IMG/VR virus record: IMGVR_UViG_3300049571_000582
Location: 46,670 to 110,669 of that record
Strand: one strand, 5' to 3'
DNA: 64,000 bases
Origin: a virus
Shown: positions 19,212 through 28,657 of the stretch, piece after piece
Position numbering within the stretch: the stretch's first letter is position 1
Layout: each line of letters opens with the position of its first letter
Made by a program: the position numbers and the translations under genes
Notes under the pieces: generated by a model
What the model was told of the DNA's origin: nothing
What the model saw: the letters and a program-made list of their open reading frames with translations, nothing else
The model's database searches: none

Positions 19212-22200
19212 TTAGGCCCCGCAGCCTCCGCCAAATCCGCAGTTGACGCACTTCTTACAGGTCCCATTGGGGATCATGCTGCCGGCGCATTCAGGGCACT
19301 TTTCCAGCGACACACCGGACGGCGAAGTCGTTTCCGGAGCTGTCCCCGGGAACTTGTACGTCGGCGGGATCCCGTGGTCCCCGGCGATGGGGGGCTTGAC
19401 GTTAAGCACGCTCTCGTCACCCAGTTCGTGATAGGCCAGGAGCTTGGCGATCAGGTTCATGATCGACGTGTAGGTCTTCACGTAGGGGTGGGAGGCCGTC
19501 AGGCCATTGGGCTCAAACTTCGAGTCCATCCAGCTCTTGACAATCCACGTGATCGGGATGCCTCCCTGGAGGGCGACGTTGGCCGTCTTACAGACCATGT
19601 CCAGCATCGCTTGGAGAGTGCCCTGATCGGCCGAATAGGTGGCCCAGATCTCGGCGACCCGCCCGTCGTCATACCGGACGGTGCGGAGGTAGAGCTTGCC
19701 GTTACCAACCTCGGTGCTGATGTCGATCCCTGGACGGCGGTTCCAGCCCAGCTTCACCCGCGTGCCAACTTGCGGGGGGCTGATGACCTTGATCGCGTTC
19801 CGGCCCAAGGCCTCCAGCTCTTCCCCACGACGAACGAGGTCGTCGTCGCCGGCAATCGCCCCAATAATCTGCTTGGCCTGCCCGGAACGGACGTCCGAAT
19901 GGGCGATGGTCTGCGTGATTGCTGCTGCACGGGACTCGGCGAACGCCTTGCGGGCCGCAGGGTTATCTGCGGCGGTCTTTAAGATCTCCGCAGCATCCGG
20001 CTTCTTCGGCTTGGCCTTGAGATTCAGGGGCTGCGAGAGCTTGCAGCCGTCGCGGTAAAGGGCAATGGCCTTGGTGCCCAAGTCATGCCCCATGCGGTAC
20101 GCCTGACGCACCTCTTCGATCGTCGCATCGGCCGGCATGTTGACCGTCTTGGAGATCGCACCAGAGATGAACGATTGCACCGCCGCCATCATCCGAATAT
20201 GTGCGGCCCATGCGATGGCCGGATTGTGCGGGTCCTGCGATGCGGCCGTTGCAAAGACTGGCACGTGCTCCTCGGTAATGTATACGCCGTCGGCGGTCGG
20301 ATTCTGCGCGGTCGGAACGCAACCGTGCTCGTTGACAAAACGCACGATCTCCTCGATGTCATGCCCGAAGTATTCGAGTTTCCGCAGGGCGATGCGAAGG
20401 CACTGGGGAGTGAAGTCCATGCCGCCGCCGCCGACAAGCTGCTTGAACACCTTGAGGCCGTAGAGGGGCTCAACGCCGGTGGTATCGCAGTCCAGAGTGA
20501 TGCCGATGGTTCCGGTGGGAGCGATGACGGTCATCTCCGCATTCCGGTACCCCCACCGGTTGCCGCCATCGATCGCCGCTTCCCAGAGCTTCCGGTTGAT
20601 GACGAACAGGTCCAGCCACTGGTCATGTCCAAGGGCGGCCTTCAGCGATTCATGGTCAATGGGCATCGGGGCCACGGTGAGACCTTCGTACGCATCCTTG
20701 GACCGCTGCCCTTCGAAGGCTCGCCGATGGTTAAGGACACACCGGAGATGGTCTTGCTTATTGGCATGAAACCGGGGGTAGGCCCCGAGGGATTCCGCCA
20801 GCTTGGCGCTGGTGACATGGCACTGGGCCTGCATCAGGGACGAGACGATCCCCGCCAGCGACAACGCGCCGTCTGAGTCATAGGGCAGGCAGTGGGCCAT
20901 CAGGAAGGCACCCAGGTCCGCGTACCCCAGGCCCGTGTCGCGGTAGTTGTAAACGTTGATCGCGGTGGTGCGGTCCGGGAGGCTGGCCAGTGAGTTGGAA
21001 AGGTCCAGCGTGAATTGCCAGAGGTGGGTGCTGTGGAGGAATGCCTCCACGTCGAATTTCCCGCCCTTGTAAAACGCCATGAGCCGCTGCGACGCCAGGT
21101 TGCACGCCGATCCATTGAGCCGCATGTGCTCCGAGCAGGGGTTCGACGCGTCGATACGGCCATCGTGGGGCGTCACGTTCCAGTCGTTACAAGTGGTGTC
21201 ATATTGGACGCCAGGATCCCCGCAGAACCAACCGTTCTTGGCAATCTCGGTCTCAAGATCCCGCGATGGGAAAGAGCGGGTGGACTTGTCCGTCCGGGCA
21301 ACGAACTGCCAGTCCGCACCCGCGTCAACTGCGGCATAGAAATCCGAAGGGATTCGCACGCTGTGGTTGGCGTTCTGGAAAGGGGCAATCGCATACGCCC
21401 GGCCGTTGAAATCCTCGTCGAAGACCACGTCGGGCCACTGCTTCTCGCCCTGGATCGCCAGGTGGATCGCCTTGATGATGTAGTTGTCGAGCACACCGAC
21501 CGCCTTGGCCTCGGCGATGGGCTTCTCAGCGAGCTCCTGCGCATCGTCCAGCGACAGCAACACCTTGTCGCTTCCACCGATGGCGTCCATGACCGACTGG
21601 CAGTGCTTCTTGATGAGGCGGGAGCCGATGACCATCGACGCCACGGCGATCTCCGCCTCGGTCTTGCAGAATACGAATTCGTGAACATCAGGGTGGTCGA
21701 GGTCAACGGTGACCATCTTGGCTGCACGCCGAGTGGTGCCGCCGGACTTGATCGCACCGGCGGATCGGTCCGCGGACTCAAGCCAACTCATAAGGCCCGA
21801 GCTCTTCCCGCCGCCGGAGAGCTTCTCGTGCTTGCTGCGGAGCTTGGAGGGGTTGACGCCACTGCCGGACCCATACTTGAAGATTCGCGCCTCACGTTCG
21901 ATCCAGGGCAGGATCCCGTCCGTGCCAAGGAGCGTGTCCTTCACATCAAGGATGAAACATGCATGTACTTGTGGATTCTGGTATGCCGACAAACTGTGAC
22001 GTGCAAACTTGTCCATCTCCGACATCCAGTCCTTGATGCCTAGCAAAGGGACGAAGATGGAGCTGTCCATTTCGCGGGTGTTGGAGGGCAAATCCACAAC
22101 CCAGTGTCCCTGCGCGGAGCCCGTGAGGCCGTATGCCCACCAAAGACCGCTGTTGAACCACTGTGGGGAGTTGGGCGCGCCCATCTGAGAGAGGAGAATG

Positions 22201-22661
22201 AACACCATCTCGTCGAAATAGGCACGGGCGTTGCATAGACGGATCTCCTCCACAGCATTGCCCGATACGACCCCGGTAAGTTGCTCTTGCGAAGGATCAA
22301 AGTAGTGATTGGTGTAACCCGCAAAAGTCCAATGCCCCACGATGCGGCTGATGACCTGCTGGACGGACACCTCGCCACCGACCTGCGAGCCGGGCGCAGC
22401 AACACGCGGACACAGCCAATCGGGAAGATGGCCATAGTCCGCGTGTCGAACCGTTTCCAAGGGCACGCCGCCCTTGCGGAAGTATTTGGAGATCAAGGTG
22501 TCGCGGGCATTCTTCGACCAGCTGCGCGGAACGACAGCGCCGCGGAGCTCGAAGACCGTTTCCTTGGTCTTGTAGTTGGTAATGACGCAGTCGTGAGAAT
22601 CGTACTCGAACTGCGCGAAGGGATCAGCCCCCTGTTGGGTGAAGCGACGGGTGATTTGCAT
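19212..22661 (-). CDS. nrdJ: Class II (adenosylcobalamin-dependent) ribonucleotide reductase
   Basis: PNSPQWFN, PQVHACFI, FKYGSGSG, KSGGTTRRAAKM, NPCSE, ACNLAS, APTGTI, ISKTVN, YRDG, C-terminal Zn ribbon. Confidence 0.96.
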   Translation of the reverse strand: MQITRRFTQQGADPFAQFEYDSHDCVITNYKTKETVFELRGAVVPRSWSKNARDTLISKYFRKGGVPLETVRHADYGHLPDWLCPRVAAPGSQVGGEVSVQQVISRIVGHWTFAGYTNHYFDPSQEQLTGVVSGNAVEEIRLCNARAYFDEMVFILLSQMGAPNSPQWFNSGLWWAYGLTGSAQGHWVVDLPSNTREMDSSIFVPLLGIKDWMSEMDKFARHSLSAYQNPQVHACFILDVKDTLLGTDGILPWIEREARIFKYGSGSGVNPSKLRSKHEKLSGGGKSSGLMSWLESADRSAGAIKSGGTTRRAAKMVTVDLDHPDVHEFVFCKTEAEIAVASMVIGSRLIKKHCQSVMDAIGGSDKVLLSLDDAQELAEKPIAEAKAVGVLDNYIIKAIHLAIQGEKQWPDVVFDEDFNGRAYAIAPFQNANHSVRIPSDFYAAVDAGADWQFVARTDKSTRSFPSRDLETEIAKNGWFCGDPGVQYDTTCNDWNVTPHDGRIDASNPCSEHMRLNGSACNLASQRLMAFYKGGKFDVEAFLHSTHLWQFTLDLSNSLASLPDRTTAINVYNYRDTGLGYADLGAFLMAHCLPYDSDGALSLAGIVSSLMQAQCHVTSAKLAESLGAYPRFHANKQDHLRCVLNHRRAFEGQRSKDAYEGLTVAPMPIDHESLKAALGHDQWLDLFVINRKLWEAAIDGGNRWGYRNAEMTVIAPTGTIGITLDCDTTGVEPLYGLKVFKQLVGGGGMDFTPQCLRIALRKLEYFGHDIEEIVRFVNEHGCVPTAQNPTADGVYITEEHVPVFATAASQDPHNPAIAWAAHIRMMAAVQSFISGAISKTVNMPADATIEEVRQAYRMGHDLGTKAIALYRDGCKLSQPLNLKAKPKKPDAAEILKTAADNPAARKAFAESRAAAITQTIAHSDVRSGQAKQIIGAIAGDDDLVRRGEELEALGRNAIKVISPPQVGTRVKLGWNRRPGIDISTEVGNGKLYLRTVRYDDGRVAEIWATYSADQGTLQAMLDMVCKTANVALQGGIPITWIVKSWMDSKFEPNGLTASHPYVKTYTSIMNLIAKLLAYHELGDESVLNVKPPIAGDHGIPPTYKFPGTAPETTSPSGVSLEKCPECAGSMIPNGTCKKCVNCGFGGGCGA

Positions 22662-22679
22662 GCAGGTTTACTCCGAACT

Positions 22680-23342
22680 TTAAGCCACTGCCGACTCAAC
22701 GTCGGCCGACATAAAGTTCGGGCAAGAAGCGCTCGGCGATTGGCCGAAATGCTCGCAAATCTTGGCTTCGAGTTTTTTGTTGAGATGGTAGATGCGAGTG
22801 AAGGTCACATCGAGGATCCGGGCGATCTCGCGGAGCTTTTTGTTTTCTTTGTAGCGAAGGTCAAAGACCCGACGCTCGGCGGACGAGAGGCTTTCGGGGA
22901 AGACATCCATGAAGTCCTTGAGGGCAACGGAATCGGCGGGATCCTTGCCACTGGCATCCACGGGCTCGGCGACGACGAAGCGGCCGGTCTTCGTGTCAAC
23001 AACGCCCATGTACGATTCGGTGGGGACGGTCATGCCGTACCACTTGTCATCGCGGAAGCGGGCGATGACGTGGGCGTAACGCATTTCATCCTGGGCCGCG
23101 CGGTAGCCCTTGCAGATCATGTAGGCGCAGATCCGTTTGACGGGATCAAGCGTCTCGCCAGCGAACCGATCGGGGTTGAATTTCTTGATGGCCTTGGCCA
23201 CGCCGAGCTGCGACCATCCTGTCGCCTCGTCGTAATCGACGGCGTCGGGGTACGCGTTCACGATCTTCTTCGCAACAATGCGAACGACCGTCGAAATGTG
23301 GTGATTGGTGATGTGAGGAATAGACGGAGCGATGGTGCACAT
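22680..23342 (-). CDS. Phage sigma-70 family sigma factor (FliA/WhiG-like architecture)
   Basis: Region 2 LGVAKAIKKFNPDR...DEMR and region 4 LSSAERRVFDLRY...LREIARILDVTFTRIY. Confidence 0.82.
   Translation of the reverse strand: MCTIAPSIPHITNHHISTVVRIVAKKIVNAYPDAVDYDEATGWSQLGVAKAIKKFNPDRFAGETLDPVKRICAYMICKGYRAAQDEMRYAHVIARFRDDKWYGMTVPTESYMGVVDTKTGRFVVAEPVDASGKDPADSVALKDFMDVFPESLSSAERRVFDLRYKENKKLREIARILDVTFTRIYHLNKKLEAKICEHFGQSPSASCPNFMSADVESAVA
22715..22725 (-). promoter_or_regulatory. TTGCCCGAACT motif variant upstream of nrdJ
   Basis: One-mismatch copy about 53 nt before the nrdJ ATG. Confidence 0.45.
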
Positions 23343-23423
23343 AAAGGATTTCCCTTCCTTCCGCTAACGGAATCAACAAACTGAAGTGCGGATTACAGGT
23401 GCCGCAACAAAAGAAACAAACAT

Positions 23424-23678
23424 TCAGGGGATGGGGACGACGGGCACTTTCTGGATGACCTGCTGGGCAAGTTCGACGGCCCGAGCCTGCGCGTCGAGGT
23501 TCTCGATGCTGATCTTGGTGCCATCGGGGGCCGTCGCGTCGAGTTTTCCGATCTTGGTGTCCATCCCGAATCGCCAGATTTCAACATGACGCCCGTCAGC
23601 GGATTGATATTGAATGTGGCTGCACGCGCCCAGGAAGGCAGCCGCCATCACGATGGCACAAGCCAAAAGAGACTTCAT
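23424..23678 (-). CDS. Small lipoprotein
   Basis: MKSLL + hydrophobic stretch + LGAC lipobox; GAGG RBS. Confidence 0.78.
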   Translation of the reverse strand: MKSLLACAIVMAAAFLGACSHIQYQSADGRHVEIWRFGMDTKIGKLDATAPDGTKISIENLDAQARAVELAQQVIQKVPVVPIP

Positions 23679-23691
23679 CGTTGGTCCTCGA

Positions 23692-24270
23692 TTATCGATA
23701 GCTGTTGACGCTTCCCGATGTCAGCTCACGACTGCAATCGGTTCGGAGTGTTGCGTACTCCGCCGCCCTGTGGAGTAATTCGGAGGGATGAGGCCCCGCG
23801 TACTGTTCGAGAGCAATGTGCGGCAAGTACCGCGAAAGATTAAACGTATTGGGGAAGCCTCGGGGTTCCAAGAAAACAATGCGATTTACCTTTACAAACG
23901 GCATGTTCGCCAAAAGCCCGAAGCACACCTCGCATGGAGGCATGGAGAGATACACAACAGCATTGTTCGAGGTTCCGCGGCAGTTCACGATCGCATTGCA
24001 GTCGGCATGGACCATGACCGGATATTTGTCGGGGCGTTTCGTCGGAAGGGGCGGCATCCCCGCGGGGGGTGTCGCGTTGCGAGGGTGTCCATTATAGCCA
24101 GTGCCCAGAACGATCTTGGTGTCCCAGTCGGCAATAATGCATCCCTGCTTGGTCTCCTGGTCGGGCGATCGCATCGCGGCCAGAAACACCATGCCCATAA
24201 AGTATTCGTCCCAGGACGGGACCTTCAGCGATTCGATCCACTGTGCTGCGTTGCCCACAGACTCTCCCAC
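23692..24270 (-). CDS. dCMP deaminase family protein
   Basis: PSWDEYFM, TGYNG, HADCNA (HAE variant) and PCEVC. Confidence 0.88.
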   Translation of the reverse strand: MGESVGNAAQWIESLKVPSWDEYFMGMVFLAAMRSPDQETKQGCIIADWDTKIVLGTGYNGHPRNATPPAGMPPLPTKRPDKYPVMVHADCNAIVNCRGTSNNAVVYLSMPPCEVCFGLLANMPFVKVNRIVFLEPRGFPNTFNLSRYLPHIALEQYAGPHPSELLHRAAEYATLRTDCSRELTSGSVNSYR

Positions 24271-24292
24271 GACGAAACACCCTCTACCCTAA

Positions 24293-24322
24293 TTTATACC
24301 GAACGACAGCCGCAAGGGTCAA
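24293..24322 (-). promoter_or_regulatory. Putative sigma70-type promoter
   Basis: TTGACC-N18-TATAAA upstream of the deaminase gene. Confidence 0.5.
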
Positions 24323-24356
24323 GAACTTTCTTGCGGGTTCGCGACTCTGCGATGGA

Positions 24357-24785
24357 TCAGCCTGCGATGATGATTCCGCCGGGCCGGCCTTCCGCCTGCG
24401 CCACGGCATCCTGAAATGCGTTGTGCTTGGTGGTCTCCGCGTTCACCGCCGCATTGACCATGCTTCCCTGCTCGCCCGAATTGCGGGCACGAATGACGGC
24501 ATCGTTGCTGCGCCCGATCACCTCCGCGAGCTTCACAAGCCGCTCGATGTCAGCGCGTGAGAGAATCGGCACCACCACATGCCCCATGCCTGTCTGCGGC
24601 CGACCATCCTGGCCCGGGGTTGCCTGCGGGAAGAGGACGACCATGCCGTTTTTAGTAACGGCGTTGAGCGCCAACTGGCCCACCTGCATCAGCATCCGGA
24701 GGTATTCGTCCGTAACGTGCGCCGGCACCTTGGCTTGAAAGATCCGGGTTGCCGGAGCTTCCGGCTGCTGTGTTGGTTCCGACAT
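24357..24785 (-). CDS. Hypothetical protein
   Basis: GAGGA RBS, 142 aa. Confidence 0.72.
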   Translation of the reverse strand: MSEPTQQPEAPATRIFQAKVPAHVTDEYLRMLMQVGQLALNAVTKNGMVVLFPQATPGQDGRPQTGMGHVVVPILSRADIERLVKLAEVIGRSNDAVIRARNSGEQGSMVNAAVNAETTKHNAFQDAVAQAEGRPGGIIIAG

Positions 24786-24791
24786 GTTTCC

Positions 24792-25139
24792 TCACCAGTG
24801 AAGAAAACGGACAACGAATCCCTTGGAGAGGACCGTATCCGCTGTGACGCCGGCGCTCTCGGCCAGATCACCGACATACTTTTTGACCGCGGGGTGAACC
24901 CCCTCGGGCTGTTCGAATTGCTCTTTGCTCGCGACGCCAAGCTCGGAGGCCAGTGCGCTGACCATCACCCGACCGGTGATGGCCTGCTCACGGACCTTCT
25001 GATCGACGCACCGTGCCGCCGCACCCAGATCCACCATTTCCGCCATTGCCGCGCGATCGTTGTCATCCTGGCACAGCATGAACAGCGGCGTGCAGGGTGG
25101 CTCGGTCGGGGTCAGGCCTGAGAGCTGGCGAATGATCAT
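24792..25139 (-). CDS. Hypothetical protein
   Basis: AGGAG RBS, 115 aa. Confidence 0.7.
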   Translation of the reverse strand: MIIRQLSGLTPTEPPCTPLFMLCQDDNDRAAMAEMVDLGAAARCVDQKVREQAITGRVMVSALASELGVASKEQFEQPEGVHPAVKKYVGDLAESAGVTADTVLSKGFVVRFLHW

Positions 25140-25158
25140 GGGAGCTCCTGGGGAAGCG

Positions 25159-25187
25159 AAAGGGGTCTGGCCAAAGGGCCAGACCCC
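25159..25187 (-). terminator. Terminator-like hairpin
   Basis: GGGGTCTGGCC-CTTT-GGCCAGACCCC followed by TTT on the - strand. Confidence 0.6.
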
Positions 25188-25198
25188 ACGCTGCTGAT

Positions 25199-25678
25199 TC
25201 AGTTGACGAAGATCGCCGTCGCGTCCTTCGCACCATTGGCGGCGGCGCGAATGAGGGCGATGGCATTGGCCTGCTGACTGGCAGGATCGACGGCGGTCGT
25301 GTCGATGCGATTCTGTACCAGAAGACCGATGGCATCGACGAGCTCGCTGACGATGAGCTTCTGCTTGGAGGTGGCGCTGAGTTTGCCGATTTCATTGGCA
25401 GCGAGGACGCGCAGCGTGCTGAGGTCGATCGTGCCGTCCTTCGTGGAATCCAGAATGGCGGTCGCGACGTCACGGACGATCTGGGCCGTCTTCGCTGTGT
25501 CCTCGTCCTTGATCGCCACCAGCGCCGCCTTCGTGGCCAAGCCGGAGGCCAGCCGCACCGTGGTTTCGGCATTCGCCTGCTGCTGGGTCGACGTCAGGGG
25601 CGTCGTCTGGATGTTCGCACAGCCGCCAAAACCGGCAACCGCTGCCATAATCGCCAAGGTAAAAATCGCTTTACGCAC
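25199..25678 (-). CDS. Lipoprotein, alpha-helical
   Basis: GTG 25678 after GGAGG; MRKAIFTLAIMAAVAGFGGC lipoprotein signal. Confidence 0.75.
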   Translation of the reverse strand: MRKAIFTLAIMAAVAGFGGCANIQTTPLTSTQQQANAETTVRLASGLATKAALVAIKDEDTAKTAQIVRDVATAILDSTKDGTIDLSTLRVLAANEIGKLSATSKQKLIVSELVDAIGLLVQNRIDTTAVDPASQQANAIALIRAAANGAKDATAIFVN

Positions 25679-25735
25679 AAATGCCTCCGAGTGTCGGGAA
25701 CCTTCGCAAATGGCCCCGTTGGGCCGTCGGGACAT

Positions 25736-25746
25736 AGATCGGGCAA
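25736..25746 (-). promoter_or_regulatory. TTGCCCGATCT motif copy
   Basis: Exact motif about 57 nt upstream of the lipoprotein start. Confidence 0.6.
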
Positions 25747-25803
25747 GAAAGGGAAAAAACCAACGGAGGCGGGTTAAATTTTCTGTCTTCGTCATTTCCC
25801 CCA

Positions 25804-25833
25804 GTTTTACAGATGCGCACCGGCAAGGTTCAA
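25804..25833 (-). promoter_or_regulatory. Putative sigma70-type promoter with upstream A-tract
   Basis: TTGAAC-N18-TAAAAC preceded by AAAAAATCAAAAAAAG. Confidence 0.4.
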
Positions 25834-25970
25834 GGGGTGTACAGAAACTTTTTTTGATTTTTTCTGAGGGAGATCATGGCATGATCTCTGGCACTTGAAA
25901 CGCATAACACGATCGCGATTCCTTGGGGAACTGCTGGGCTTCCTTTTGAAAAGTCCGCAGATTGATGAGT

Positions 25971-26180
25971 CCCTATATCGGGACAAAACACCCCGCAACC
26001 GAGACAAAACGCCCCGCTATCGGGACCCCGCTATCGGGACAAAATACCCCGGAAGTGGGACACACAGGGGGGCACCCAGTAAGTATCTATATCAGTAAGT
26101 ATATGCGCAGCGCGCTGTATATGATAATTGCGCAGCGCGCGCTTGATGTATATGACAATCAATAATTATTAAAAGGGGGG
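25971..26180. repeat. Iteron-like direct repeats plus AT-rich tract: putative replication origin
   Basis: Five imperfect CCCCGCTATCGGGACAAAA-like units (25976-26064). Paired CAGTAAGTAT, TGCGCAGCGCGC and TGTATATGA repeats. ATCAATAATTATTAAAA tract. Located at the strand switch. Confidence 0.7.
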
Positions 26181-26281
26181 CGCATGCCCCCCAAACCCCC
26201 CGTCGGATCGGCGTTCGTCGATGTCACCCGCTAGGTGATCGGCCATGAATGACGCCTTGTTCGAAAATCATTGCCCGTTTT

Positions 26282-26291
26282 TTGCCCGATC
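26282..26291 (+). promoter_or_regulatory. TTGCCCGATC motif copy heading the replication operon
   Basis: 42 nt upstream of ATG 26334. Confidence 0.6.
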
Positions 26292-26333
26292 ACCGTGTCG
26301 CTGGACGCACACCTCCCAGCCGCTGGAGATCGC

Positions 26334-27368
26334 ATGGCAGAAATCGCACCCACCCGCCTCGAAGCATGGCTCATGGCCACGGATCGATCCCGCTCTCCGT
26401 CGGGAACCGCCGAGGGTCTTTCGCGAACGGCGCAATCCATGCTCCTTTGGCTGGTGCGATGCGGTGACGCAGGGATCTTCCCGAAGCCCAAGGTGTTCTG
26501 CGAGTTACTGCAGGTCTCGGATTCCGCCTTTTACCGCGCCAAGCAGTCGCTGAAGGCTTCCGGCCTGGTTCTCTTCACGCCTGCTGAATTTGGGGGCGAG
26601 GCCTACCAGCTCGCACCTCCGGGGAAGCCCCCCGAGATCCAGTTGGCCGCATGGAGGCAGATCAACCCACTGCTCCGCGCCCAGCAAAGCGGCCTTGACC
26701 AGACTTCGGAAACCCTCGAGGCCGCCAGTGAAACACCCGAAACTCCCACCGTCGACACGCCACCGGCTGAGCCCGCGGCTAAGCGGGCGAGGGGCGAGAG
26801 CAAGCCCAAGGCAAAGCAGGGACTCAACGACGAGCACCGCACCTGGATCCTCACGTCCGCCGACAACCTCGATGTTTACCTTCGCTTTGGGCAAGCCGCG
26901 ATCGGCAAGACGATGGCCGAGTGCGTCACGTCCGGACTCCCCAGCGCCGGCGTCGATTGGCTCGCCTTTGGGCAATCTTCGCACGAAGACTGCTATTCGC
27001 CGCAGTGGAAGGTGAATCAGTTCGCCGCCTACTACTGGCATCTCGTCGGCCGCCATCGGGAGAAGATGGGCATTCCGCTCTCGCTGCCGCAGTGGGGGCG
27101 GCTGACTGGTGAGTTGAAGAACCTGCTCGCCACAACGACGCATTTCAACGCCTACCAGCACCTGTACTTGCTGGGCAACCATTTTGATTTGATCCAGTTC
27201 CAAATGGGCAACTTCGGTCAGGGCAAGGTGCTCTGTGAGTCGTCCATCAACGATCAGTCCATCCGGCAAAAAGTCACGCTGATCATCACCCACGGCACGC
27301 AATGGCTGCAGGCCGAGTATGACCGCATGGCCGCTGCCACCAGGCCCGCATACCGAGGAGGGGAATAA
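26334..27368 (+). CDS. Putative replication initiator / winged-helix DNA-binding protein
   Basis: N-terminal wHTH PKPKVFCELLQVSDSAFYRAKQSLKASGLV, Pro/Thr linker, adjacent to the repeats; GGAG RBS. Confidence 0.6.
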   Translation: MAEIAPTRLEAWLMATDRSRSPSGTAEGLSRTAQSMLLWLVRCGDAGIFPKPKVFCELLQVSDSAFYRAKQSLKASGLVLFTPAEFGGEAYQLAPPGKPPEIQLAAWRQINPLLRAQQSGLDQTSETLEAASETPETPTVDTPPAEPAAKRARGESKPKAKQGLNDEHRTWILTSADNLDVYLRFGQAAIGKTMAECVTSGLPSAGVDWLAFGQSSHEDCYSPQWKVNQFAAYYWHLVGRHREKMGIPLSLPQWGRLTGELKNLLATTTHFNAYQHLYLLGNHFDLIQFQMGNFGQGKVLCESSINDQSIRQKVTLIITHGTQWLQAEYDRMAAATRPAYRGGE

Positions 27369-27370
27369 TC

Positions 27371-28657
27371 ATGGCCAAGAAAGCCGAAAAAACCACCAAG
27401 GAAGAACCCAAAGAGCTCAGCGCCGCATCCGTGGCGGCGAGGCTGCGGGCTCTGCGTGCCAGCATCGACAAGGAATTCGGTGCCAACACCATGCAGACCT
27501 TTGACGGCTCCAACCTCACCCAGCAGAACTTCGAGTACCAGATTCCCTCGGGCTCGATCGGTCTCGACATCGCACTGGGACCCGTGCTGCGACAGCCCGA
27601 CGGATCCTGGCAAACCGGCTTCGCCCCGGGAAAGATCGTCGAGGTCATCGGTCCGGAAAGTTGCGGCAAGAGCACCGAGTGCAACGTGATCGTCGCCAAC
27701 GCCCACACGCTCGCCTTCGTCGACATTGCCACGAAGCAGAGGAAGAACCCCAACTTTCGTGCCTTCTACGCCGACATGGAGCACACCTGGGATCCCGCCT
27801 ACGCGAAGCGGTTGGGGTGCGACGTGTCCCGCATCGATGTTGTCCAGCCCGACACGGGCGAAGACTGCATGAACATCGTGGAGATGGCGGTCGGATCGGG
27901 TCTCTATGCCGTTGTCGTCGTCGACTCCGTCGCGGCCCTGATCCCAAAGTCCGAGCGTGACGGTGACGTCGGCGATGCCTCCATGGGTGCCCAGGCCAGG
28001 CTCATGTCCCAGGCCCTGCGCAAGGTCAACCCGATTCTCACCAAGTCCAAGACCCTGCTGGTATTCGTCAACCAGATCCGCCACAAGATCGGCGTCATGT
28101 ACGGCAATCCGGAAACCACCCCGGGCGGGAACGCCTTGAAGTTCTATGCCTCCTACCGGATCGACCTCCGCCGGAAGGAAACGCTCAAGGATGGCGACGA
28201 AGTCTACGGCCACGTGATCGAGGCCACGGTCTTCAAGAACAAGGTCGCGCCTCCGTATCGCAAGGCGAAGTTCGAGCTGGTCTACGGCCGCGGGTTCGAC
28301 AAGTACACCGAACTGGTCGACCTGTGTCTCGGGAGGAACATCCTGGTGGCGGACTCGGCATGGATCACCTATGGCGGCAAGCCGGTCGGCCAAGGGCGGT
28401 TCCGCACTGCCGACAAGCTCCGCACCGATGGCGCTCTTGCCTATGAGCTCTATGACAAGCTGATGACGATGATCGCTGCCGAGCGGGGGTTCTATCCCGA
28501 TGGTCGCGCGATCCCCGGCTTCAGCCCGGAAGAAGTCCAGTCCGGCGGCGTGGCCAGCTTCGTGCCGCTGAGTGACGAAGAGAAGGCTGCGATCGAACGC
28601 GACCAGGAGGATGAAGCGAAGTTTCTCACCGAGCTCAATTCCACGGGTGGCAATTGA
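27371..28657 (+). CDS. recA: Recombinase RecA
   Basis: SGSIGLDIALG, GPESCGKST, VVDSVAAL, QARLMSQALRK, NQIR, GGNALKFYAS, KNKVAPP. Confidence 0.97.
   Translation: MAKKAEKTTKEEPKELSAASVAARLRALRASIDKEFGANTMQTFDGSNLTQQNFEYQIPSGSIGLDIALGPVLRQPDGSWQTGFAPGKIVEVIGPESCGKSTECNVIVANAHTLAFVDIATKQRKNPNFRAFYADMEHTWDPAYAKRLGCDVSRIDVVQPDTGEDCMNIVEMAVGSGLYAVVVVDSVAALIPKSERDGDVGDASMGAQARLMSQALRKVNPILTKSKTLLVFVNQIRHKIGVMYGNPETTPGGNALKFYASYRIDLRRKETLKDGDEVYGHVIEATVFKNKVAPPYRKAKFELVYGRGFDKYTELVDLCLGRNILVADSAWITYGGKPVGQGRFRTADKLRTDGALAYELYDKLMTMIAAERGFYPDGRAIPGFSPEEVQSGGVASFVPLSDEEKAAIERDQEDEAKFLTELNSTGGN

Noticed and set aside
25971-26064. Possible CRISPR array
   Set aside because: Units are short, imperfect and nearly contiguous, with no unique 30-40 nt spacers and no cas genes; better explained as iterons
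25895-26098. 67-aa ORF with RDKTP repeats
   Set aside because: Translation of the DNA repeats; TTG start with no clear RBS. It cannot be excluded as a remnant of an initiator gene.
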